From Paraphysomonas bandaiensis (Eukaryota; Protista; Chrysophyceae), in contig CBFFRP010000025.1 in NCBI GenBank assembly GCA_965644295.1, forward strand, positions 1-64,000: a stretch of DNA of 64,000 nt, in the 5' to 3' direction. This document shows, one piece after another, positions 45,850-54,385 of the stretch. The stretch's first letter is position 1. The number at the start of each line of letters is the position of its first letter. A program made the position numbers and the translations under genes. Below the pieces are notes generated by a model. The model was not told the DNA's origin, searched no databases, and saw nothing but the letters and a program-made list of their open reading frames with translations.

Positions 45850-47340
45850 TGCGTGTAATCTCCGATAGGCGATTATTTATTTTACTGCGAGATGCCGTTA
45901 TTCGGGAGTGGAAAAATATGGGTGAAGACAACTACGCAGACTGGTTCTCCAAGGTATACCTCGCGGAGGAGTAGAATGGGGGTACCTTCAACGTTGGAGC
46001 ATCCGGTATACCCGGATATGCCCCCCAGAACAATACCTCGGAATCCCTGTTCAGGTCAATCAAATTACAGATTCAGGAGAGGGCTGTGATGTCATACTTT
46101 CTCAAAGTATCTATACCTGCGATGCTGAAGCATCTTCGAGAGCAGTACCAGGTCAGTAGGATTAATTTCCTATGTAGTGATCAGCTATCTTATCTGCAAC
46201 ATGGTCATGTGCATCGAGACTGCCTCACTAGCGCATGCGCAATTGTAGACCCCGGTCCTCAAAACTGTAAGCGCATGAATGTTATAGTCCAGGGTAAAAA
46301 TGAGGTTCATTGGTAAGTAAAACGACTTATCGATTATTCATCATTAACAGCGAATAAATTTTTATAGGTACTTGTTCATTGAACATACGAGGGAGAACAG
46401 AATGTGAAAATCTTATATAGATATGTTTCATTCCGTCAAAAGGAAAGATCGAATTTCACTGGGGGAATGTAGGGAGAGGTGTAGTATTGTACTTATGCGT
46501 CTGAATAGAGTACTAATCATTCTGTAACAGATTTCTCAGTATGTATGTTGTTCGAGAGGTTCCCTACAAAGTGAAGCGCAAGACCTGTACCTCTCTTGTT
46601 TGTAGCTTCCCTAGGTTTTGGGACAATGGTCGATATGCCCCCACTCGCTAGCAGTACATCACTTGAGAGGTTTGGGTAGTACATTTCTTTCTTAATTATA
46701 TTTCTTAATATTGCCACCAGGGGACATTGATGTGAAGCACATGTCCAGCTCAATCAGGCCTGCTAGGAAACCCGGCCGGCCTCGCAATGCAGCCAAAGCT
46801 TTAATCAACGATGAATTCATTGATGTCATGGCCCTCAAGCCAGGGAACTGGAAGAATACGAACGCTCGCCACCCACAGTACCTGAATGGTATGTGCGTAG
46901 ATTACCGCGTAGTGCCGAATCACAAGAATCAAAAACTCCTTCGATGGCAGTGTCGGTTCTCGGATGCCCCTGATGACATACTTCCACACCCTAAGATTGT
47001 TGGGTTCGATGTCCATGAAATGAAGGAGGCTGTCGAACTTCGCCGGACTTGGTCACGAGAAACTGCGCATTTCTCGTTCGATTGCGAAGACGAAATGTGA
47101 TGCATTGCATGTGTACAATAGATGCATTTGCATTAATTGATGGCTAGAGTATGCTCCCATGTTTGAGTAAAAATTATTATTTTTGACTAGGTGAATACCT
47201 TAAAACACCTAGTCAACCTAGTCATTGTAAACTGAAAATATGAATTTTCACCTACTTGACTAGGTTTTTTACACCAATTTTGGTGTGACTAGGTAGTTCA
47301 ACCATTTTGACTAGAGGTTGAATAATACAACCCGGTTAAC
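45850..47340 (+). pseudogene. Decayed Mutator-like (MULE) transposase 3' part with terminal sub-repeats
   Basis: WFSKVYLAEE*(TAG, probably from TGG)NGGTFNVGASGIPGYAPQNNTSESLFRSIK resembles the MULE TNN..E....IK motif; later RKPGRPRNAAKAL; clustered GACTAGG/CCTAGTC motifs at ~47185-47315. Confidence 0.7.
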
Positions 47341-47930
47341 TATAGATGACTCTACAGAAGCTGCTTGTGCGTCACCCTAAGCACCTAGGAGTAACCCCTT
47401 TCGCTCTCTGTCCTTAAGGTGAACTAGCCCGGATGCTTGACTTCAGCAGGCAGCCCACTACCCCGGATTCCCTTGAGGTGGGCCCATTCTCAGATACTTG
47501 TCTTCAGTGGGCAACCCAATATCCCGGATGCCTGTTTATTCGTCAAGGCCCGAAGACGTCTACACAAGTAACACTCATTAGTGTCCCTTGAACCACATAT
47601 TGAAAATCTGATTATTAAAAGAAGCGCAAGCTTGTGCGTTGCCGCGACCAACCTAACAACTCGCGCGACACTATGCATAACATGACTCTCATCTAGTTAC
47701 TATTGCATGCACCGACAAGTGCTCAACTATACAACACGATTTAGTTAGCTACATGGGCATACGACGAGTTGCGTGTTTAAGCCGGATCATACACTCCTGC
47801 CCAATCTACTTGTCCTAACACAAACAACTTGCGGTCGGTGTCTTCGGCATATGTCTCCTGTATATGCGGCAGATCTTTAGGGCCCTCTTCAAGGTGGTGT
47901 TCACAGCAGCAGGTAGTCTGGAAGGGAGAA
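46365..47930 (+). repeat. 1,566-bp direct duplication flanking the LINE, left copy
   Basis: Matches 57337-58902 at offset 10972; the ORF track gives identical translations in both copies. Confidence 0.97.
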
Positions 47931-48164
47931 GTAGTGAATGTCTGATTATTTAGCAATAGGCGTTGAGACCTTGCATCAATTAGTGGCTAGAAGAATGCTA
48001 GTCATACTAGTTAGACCACTACCCGTAACTAATCAATACAAACTCTTTTATCCTACTATTTAACGCTACGAAAGCTGCTTGTGCGTCGCCGCAAGCACCA
48101 AGGTGCAACCACTTCCGTTCTTTTTGTGTGATATGAAATTCGCCTTTATCGTGTGTCCGTGGAC

Positions 48165-51100
48165 TCACCGGCGCTTTTGATCTGGGGGTCTCCCTTTGGG
48201 ATGGGTCTCCATTGGTTTTGGAGGGGGCTCAGCATTCTGAATTAGGGTCCTGAGTGCACCTAGTTCCAGATGTGTGGGTTGAGAGTGGTGGGGATTGTTG
48301 GGAGGAGGAGTTGGGTTTGTAGTCTGTGTTACTGTGCTCCTGTGGGGCCGCGGGTGTAGATAGAGTTGTCGAAGCCGTCGGCGTTGTGGAGGTCTGGGCA
48401 GCCCAGTGCTCTGTCGGGTAGGACCTGTGAGGTGTGCACGTGTGTCTGGAGTCGGATACGCTGTGGGGGGTCTTCGTTGGACCCCTAGTAGTCGAAGGAC
48501 TCTCGGACGTTGTCTTGACTGACTGCGTTTCGGACGGGGTCTCGGGAGTAGCCTGGGCGGCCTTTTGGACATGGTGATATAGCGACAACCGCGATCCTGT
48601 AACATAAGCTTCGCTGCAGTGTAAAGCGGTTGCAGGAGATTAATAACCACTGTTTCTAGGTTCCGTAGACTGTGAGCCGTCAGGTGGTTGTGTATGTCAT
48701 CTCCGAAGACCGTTTCCAGTTGGGCTGCTGTGATGGTTCCAGTCCAGTATCTCTCGACCTGTGGGATGGAGGGATTCCAGGCTCTGCTGGAGAGTCTCCG
48801 CAGTGCAGATGTGATCCAGTTGGGTAAGGTCTGAGTTCTCTGTATTTCGTGTAGCACATTTTTATGCGATTGAAATGCAGTTTCCCTTATTTGGGTGATG
48901 GATTCATGTGTGCAGTCGAGGCACATATGTTTTAGGGAATCTAGCCGAAACCCGCAGTCAGAGCATGCGGCTTTGGTCAGGTCAAGCCCCTGTTTGGTTT
49001 TGGCCCGGTTCCTCCCTATGCAGAAAGATTTGTCCCATGTCAGTGCCGTGTTGAGAATTCTTTGGCGTAGATTTGAGCTGAGTTTGTCTTTGGATGCACT
49101 GCCATCCGCTTGAGCTAGTTTGCGCGGGAGGTGTACTCCGCTATTGGTCCAGTAGCCAGGCGCTCGATCAGGATTGTGTCCGTAGCGTTGATCTCTGGTT
49201 GAAGTGTAGTTCTCAAGTGTCCTTAGGTCGCAGAGATCTTGGAAATCAGTAAGGAGTGGGCTAGAGTAGTATGGCCGTCTTGTACTGTGCAAACGCCAGT
49301 GCCATAATCCAGCGGTTAGTAAGCGTTCAATGGCACTGTCAATCGCAATTGTACAGACAGTGTAGTTATTTTTTCCAAGGATGCGATCGACTTCATGCCA
49401 GTCTTCACCCGCGACTGCGTCCGCAATATAGATGCCCTTGTCCTCAAACGTCCACTCCGTTTCATCTGTGGTACGTCGTTCGGGATGGGACCTCACCCAG
49501 GTCACCTGTCGTTTGCAATCTCTACTGGCCGCGATGCTTTCGAGTAGTACCCCTTTTGCACGGTGACCGAGAGCTCTGCGTCTTGTGGAGAGTGCTTCCT
49601 CAGTACGGGTGCACACTGCCTGACAGTCTGTGTGGCTTCTTATGTGTTCGGGAATGCGTGTTGAGAGTATAAGCCCCATGGCTGTGCCTATGAGTTCGTA
49701 TGCGTATGAGTCCAAACCTGGCACATCACGAAAGGGTGTATCTAGTCGTAGTATTATGGTTGTACCATCTTCCCAGGCATTTTCTGGGGGTAAGTAGACG
49801 ACCGCTGCACCTCCTCGGTGTGTCCATCGTGTTCGCGGATTGACATGAGTGAGGCGACGCGTGGAGAGCGCACTGGCTGTGTATGATCCATCTGTGAAGA
49901 TTGCCTTGAAAGTATCTGGTTGGACGCTATTAAGGCCGAGTTCTTGTTTTAGATTGGTCAGCATATGTTCATCCTGTGGTTCGGGGGGCTCAGGTTGCTG
50001 AAGGGTAAGGCCCAATTCCGTTCCCCATTCCCTGAGGCTGAGAACATAGTGGTGGTATTGGGGCTGTGGCTCTGTTGTCTGAGTGAGTAGAAAATGTGCT
50101 GCTTGACCTGCTTCTCCCCCGAGGGTTATTGCGCGCTGTAGAGATCCCCATTTTTGCTCCTGCGCCGAGTCTGAGAAACGCTTCATACCTAATCCGTTGT
50201 GCTTGAGTGAGAGGTAGATCAGTTCCGTGGGGTATCCAGGGCCTAGACTGAGGGCCTTTCTGTAGAGGGTTGCGCAAGCAGCGTCAATTTCTCTGTACCA
50301 GTGTAGCGGCCATGAAGCTTTGGTGGCTCTATAGAGCAAAGTCGGTATGATTTGGGTCTCGATAACCATGACTTTACAGCCGGCTGAGGCCTGTTTAATC
50401 CCTAGGTGTGTGGTCACGACTTTCAGGTATTTTAGACACCAGTCATGGGAGGCCTTGTCTGTGATTGTGAGAGGAAGGTCTGCTCCGAGGTAATGTATCG
50501 ACTCTAGTGATGTTTGGATAGGGACTGGGTGTGGACGCCACGACCAGTCGTATAGAATGATGTAGCCAATGGGGTCGGAGGACTTGTTGGAATCTTGTAG
50601 GATCGGAAACACTGTGCAAACTACTTTGGGGATAGAGAGTTCCATTCCCGAAAGTACGCAGAACGCAGATATTTGTTGGGCAATGAGTTGGGCAGCGTGT
50701 ATGGATTTAGCTATTGTGTTAAGGTCATCCGCGAAGGAGATCTTTATTTCGCCGGTAGTCGGAGTCGTGAGTTGAATAGTTGGTAACGTTGGACTCGTTG
50801 TTGACAGTTCAATGTCCAGCCACGTGAGAAGGATGTCGTAGAGTGCCACCCAGGCGCATGTGGATTCTGTGCCCCCTTGGGTGATACCCCTTTCGGCTTC
50901 GAAACCCAGACTGAATAGTGCAATGAAGTGGCCGTCTGCGGACAGGAGGTCAAGGAGAGAACGTGGCTCTATGTTGTTTGCCATGAATGGTGTCCAGGGA
51001 AATGTTAGACCGCCGGCATCTAAGTTGCCAAACCAGTCAACTACATCGTCCGGAACGCCCAGTCGTGCCCACGCGAGACGCATGAGGTTAGGCGCAATTG

Positions 51101-52358
51101 AGTCGAAGGCCTTCTTGAAGTCCCAGAGTGTACATATATGCTGGTCGCCTTTTCGTCTTGCTTCTTCTGCAGCCGCGAGTACCCTTAGTATCGCTGTGTC
51201 CGTCCCGTTCCTCCAGCGATAACCATGCTGGGACGGATGCAAAACTTTCTGTTCCTCCCATACGGTAAGAATTCTATGAGTGATTATCCTTGTTAATATT
51301 TTCCTACTGACTTCAAGCAGACCAATCGGTCGGAGATTAGTGAGGGAGGATTCTCCTGGTTTCTTGAGAATGGGAGACATTACCCTGTCTCTCCACCAAA
51401 TGGGCACATGTTTATGTTTCCAGAGAGATCTGGTGAGGATGTAAGCCTCTCGCTGGACTACCGGTGGCCAGGATTTGACCATGTTGGAGGAGACCATTGA
51501 GGGTCCAGGCGCGCGGTTGAAGGAGAGAGAGTGAAGTGTGCAGTAGAATTCATCCTGGGTGATGTCTTTTGCAAGAGTAGATTTGAGTGTGGCTGCCATG
51601 GCCGGAGTGGTCTTGGTACAAAGGGCCCGTCGTAACCCCAGTTGCAGGGGAAGAGGTATTTTCGAGCGGGGGTGGAGTGGTTCCTGGCATGTCGCTGAGC
51701 CCGGATCAAGAAGGGATTTCCACCATGTAGGGTCATCCTGGAGCTGTTGTGCTACAGGGTCAAGTCCAGGAGGTTTGGCATGATGTTCACGGAAGTGCGC
51801 ATTAATGCCTTCATGGATGTCTTGCGGTGTTGTGAGGATGTGTCCGTCAGTTGTTTTCACCGTGGTAAGTCGGAGTGGTGTTTTGACCTTGAGACCAATT
51901 TTCTGAAGAATTGCTTGAAGTCTTTTCTGCTGTAGCAGTGCCTCCATCTGATTGGTGCGAGCCGTGAGTCTAGTCCGCATTTCTGTCCTGGCTCTTCCAT
52001 GAAGAAGTCCTCTCAGTCGCAAGGCAATTCGGAGAAGGTTTTTCTTGGTGGCTTGCTTTTCGTTCCAACCCAGGATTACTCGTGGGTCCGCGTTGCGATG
52101 GCTGCACCAGAAGTTGATGTCTGATATGCCTTTGATGTGACCCTGAGAACTCCTGAGATAGGAGTCCCATCGGACGAACCATGCAGTGATGATTTCGTGG
52201 GTGGGGTGGTTGCCGGGGGGCCGCGCCATCCATGCCGTTTGTATCCGGCAGAATTGAACATCTTTTGGATAATCCGCAAAACCATGAGCATTCCTTCCTG
52301 TATTACTCTCATTTCCGGGGAAAAGCCATTCTTGAACTTTGAGCGTTTGCGCTGACAA
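48165..52358 (-). CDS. Reverse transcriptase + RNase H + CCHC zinc knuckle (probably continuous with the upstream ORF via a 1-nt shift at ~52215-52220)
   Basis: APGPS, LRPIGLL, QHGYR, WDFKKAFDSI, GITQG, SFADDL, YLG; RNase H FTDGS / YEL / TDCQ / WVRSH / ADAVA; CSDC-x8-H-x4-C. Confidence 0.95.
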   Translation of the reverse strand: MSAQTLKVQEWLFPGNESNTGRNAHGFADYPKDVQFCRIQTAWMARPPGNHPTHEIITAWFVRWDSYLRSSQGHIKGISDINFWCSHRNADPRVILGWNEKQATKKNLLRIALRLRGLLHGRARTEMRTRLTARTNQMEALLQQKRLQAILQKIGLKVKTPLRLTTVKTTDGHILTTPQDIHEGINAHFREHHAKPPGLDPVAQQLQDDPTWWKSLLDPGSATCQEPLHPRSKIPLPLQLGLRRALCTKTTPAMAATLKSTLAKDITQDEFYCTLHSLSFNRAPGPSMVSSNMVKSWPPVVQREAYILTRSLWKHKHVPIWWRDRVMSPILKKPGESSLTNLRPIGLLEVSRKILTRIITHRILTVWEEQKVLHPSQHGYRWRNGTDTAILRVLAAAEEARRKGDQHICTLWDFKKAFDSIAPNLMRLAWARLGVPDDVVDWFGNLDAGGLTFPWTPFMANNIEPRSLLDLLSADGHFIALFSLGFEAERGITQGGTESTCAWVALYDILLTWLDIELSTTSPTLPTIQLTTPTTGEIKISFADDLNTIAKSIHAAQLIAQQISAFCVLSGMELSIPKVVCTVFPILQDSNKSSDPIGYIILYDWSWRPHPVPIQTSLESIHYLGADLPLTITDKASHDWCLKYLKVVTTHLGIKQASAGCKVMVIETQIIPTLLYRATKASWPLHWYREIDAACATLYRKALSLGPGYPTELIYLSLKHNGLGMKRFSDSAQEQKWGSLQRAITLGGEAGQAAHFLLTQTTEPQPQYHHYVLSLREWGTELGLTLQQPEPPEPQDEHMLTNLKQELGLNSVQPDTFKAIFTDGSYTASALSTRRLTHVNPRTRWTHRGGAAVVYLPPENAWEDGTTIILRLDTPFRDVPGLDSYAYELIGTAMGLILSTRIPEHIRSHTDCQAVCTRTEEALSTRRRALGHRAKGVLLESIAASRDCKRQVTWVRSHPERRTTDETEWTFEDKGIYIADAVAGEDWHEVDRILGKNNYTVCTIAIDSAIERLLTAGLWHWRLHSTRRPYYSSPLLTDFQDLCDLRTLENYTSTRDQRYGHNPDRAPGYWTNSGVHLPRKLAQADGSASKDKLSSNLRQRILNTALTWDKSFCIGRNRAKTKQGLDLTKAACSDCGFRLDSLKHMCLDCTHESITQIRETAFQSHKNVLHEIQRTQTLPNWITSALRRLSSRAWNPSIPQVERYWTGTITAAQLETVFGDDIHNHLTAHSLRNLETVVINLLQPLYTAAKLMLQDRGCRYITMSKRPPRLLPRPRPKRSQSRQRPRVLRLLGVQRRPPTAYPTPDTRAHLTGPTRQSTGLPRPPQRRRLRQLYLHPRPHRSTVTQTTNPTPPPNNPHHSQPTHLELGALRTLIQNAEPPPKPMETHPKGRPPDQKRR

Positions 52359-54385
52359 CGTTCGTGTAGTCGTGTGCTATAAGTACATGCAGGACGCTTC
52401 GCTTCAAGCGAAGCCTGGAGGGTTATGTGATGGATGGCCGCTAGTCTGTTGGCTGCCACCTCAGGAGGGAGTATGGCAGACGATCCGTTGTCTAAATGTG
52501 GTAGTTGTGCATGAAGTTGGAGGAGTCTTGCGGTGTATGCCTGTACTTCCTTGGAGTCCTTCGGGTTTACATTGAGACGGGGGGGGATTCGGAGGTGCGA
52601 CTCAGGTGGTCGAGGGTCAAGATTGACTGGTACAGTGAAACCGACCCAGACCGGTCGATGATCGAAGGCTGCTGCGAGTAGTGAGGGGGAGTCAAGGCAG
52701 CCAGTGTCCGTAACAGACATGTTCGGAAGTAACGGCGTGTGTAGAATATGATCGATCCGCGATATTCCTTTGTCTAATCTGTGGAAGGTATGGTATGTTT
52801 TCCTGGGTAGGAGAAGCTCATGGAGTGGTGCAGCCAGTTGGAGTTTGTCGGCAAGTGGTCGTATGTCTCTGCCTTTCGGATTTGTCTCCATGGAGCCATT
52901 GAAGTCGCCGGCGACAATGACAGTATGGTCCTTGGCTCTGGCTTTAGTGACCCATTTCGTAAGGATGTTGCATAGGAGCTTGTAGGGGTCAGCAGTACAG
53001 ATACCACGGGACGCTCTCCCTAGCTTGGTCAATTTGCTCCATAATGTGCAAGAGCCTGGCGTGGATGGCTTCGGGGGTAGATAGACGCTTATTAGTACTA
53101 GGGTGTGCGCCACCGACGTTTTGAACTCTAGTCGGCTCACTAAACCAAGTCCCGTAAAGTCAGCCTTTGTGAAGACGAGACGGCGCTTCCAGTATTCGCT
53201 GATTATGACTACTGTACCCCCCATTAGTGGGTCTCTTGAAGTCAGTTTTGGCTGCTTGCTGAGGAAGAGGCATATTCTTGATCCCTGGATTGCATCTTCT
53301 ATGATACGCGTGAAGAAGTTGGCCTGAGTTTCTGTTAGACGGACATCCTGTAATAGGAGCACGTCCAATTTTTGCCGCTTGAAGTGTCGGATGATAGCTT
53401 GGACTTTGCCTGTGTGAGATGCCGGATTGCCATTTGTGTTCCATGTGGAGAGTCGGAGTCCCATGGCTGCTCCCGAGGGAGCCTTGGGGATGCTGCTGGA
53501 GGTCTCTGTAGGAGTTCCACTCTTGTCTGCAAGGAGTCTGTCCCATACTGCTTTATTGGCACCGCCTATGTCGCTGTCGTACGCAGCCCTGGCTTGGATT
53601 AATATCTCAAGTGGCCAGCGTTGATCACACCAGTAATGATGCCCGTAGTTGATGAGAAGTTCTTCATCCTTAGCAATGGGACGTATTGTACGGACATAGA
53701 GGCGTTTATTTTTCGTGACAAACTTGACATTAGCTATGTTTGTGGCTAGGGGGTCATTAATATACCCAGCTTCGCATGTTACACATTGTCGGACTTGGTC
53801 AAAGCCATCTATTGCGAAGGTACCAGTACTGTCTTGAACTATGTAATCAGAACGCCTTGCAGACTGACTCAGCTTTGTTAGTGGATAGCGTTTGCCTTTG
53901 TACTCAGCAATGATGACGTCTGCTGGTAATGTGTTCTTCGCATAAAGGGATAGTCCTTTGGCAGTGTTATCGGCGTACGCAATGTAGAACTTTCTTGACC
54001 AGTCCTTGTCCCAGCTGGTGGTATCAAGTGCTGGAGTTGGTCTGATCGTTCGTGTGGTCGTGGATTGGTGTGAGTTGTGAAGGTTCGTTGGTTGGTCACT
54101 TTCATCGTAATTTACGACCTTTTTGGCTTTCCGGGTTGGCTGGCATCGACTTGTCAACGCAGTTTGGGCGTGTTTCAACTGCATCTTCTTGTGCGATGGT
54201 AGTGCTCCAGGGGTTGAAGCCTGCAGAATCTGTCGATTTGTTCGTGCTAACTTGGTGTTGCTGGACGAGGTTGTTCTGGTGCTGGTCGTCCTTGATGTCC
54301 TATTGTTGTTCGTGATTGAGTCCGCGGGAAGTGTAGGTGGAGCGATGGGGTCACCAGAGTATACTGGTGGCCAAGGTGTTTTCAA
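52076..54385 (-). CDS. SET-domain methyltransferase + AP (EEP-fold) endonuclease
   Basis: SET (~53992-53630): KGLSLYA...IAEYKG...AGYINDP...RPIAKDEELLINYGHHYW. APE: LSTWNTNG, DVLLLQDV, SVYLP, VAGDFN, SRIDHIL, FDHRPV. Confidence 0.92.
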   Translation of the reverse strand: MKTPWPPVYSGDPIAPPTLPADSITNNNRTSRTTSTRTTSSSNTKLARTNRQILQASTPGALPSHKKMQLKHAQTALTSRCQPTRKAKKVVNYDESDQPTNLHNSHQSTTTRTIRPTPALDTTSWDKDWSRKFYIAYADNTAKGLSLYAKNTLPADVIIAEYKGKRYPLTKLSQSARRSDYIVQDSTGTFAIDGFDQVRQCVTCEAGYINDPLATNIANVKFVTKNKRLYVRTIRPIAKDEELLINYGHHYWCDQRWPLEILIQARAAYDSDIGGANKAVWDRLLADKSGTPTETSSSIPKAPSGAAMGLRLSTWNTNGNPASHTGKVQAIIRHFKRQKLDVLLLQDVRLTETQANFFTRIIEDAIQGSRICLFLSKQPKLTSRDPLMGGTVVIISEYWKRRLVFTKADFTGLGLVSRLEFKTSVAHTLVLISVYLPPKPSTPGSCTLWSKLTKLGRASRGICTADPYKLLCNILTKWVTKARAKDHTVIVAGDFNGSMETNPKGRDIRPLADKLQLAAPLHELLLPRKTYHTFHRLDKGISRIDHILHTPLLPNMSVTDTGCLDSPSLLAAAFDHRPVWVGFTVPVNLDPRPPESHLRIPPRLNVNPKDSKEVQAYTARLLQLHAQLPHLDNGSSAILPPEVAANRLAAIHHITLQASLEAKRPACTYSTRLHERCQRKRSKFKNGFSPEMRVIQEGMLMVLRIIQKMFNSAGYKRHGWRGPPATTPPTKSSLHGSSDGTPISGVLRVTSKAYQTSTSGAAIATRTHE

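Noticed and set aside
48165-48900. Restriction-like endonuclease after the CCHC knuckle (as in Dualen/R2)
   Set aside because: No PD-(D/E)xK motif visible; an HHpred search is needed before assigning the element to Dualen.
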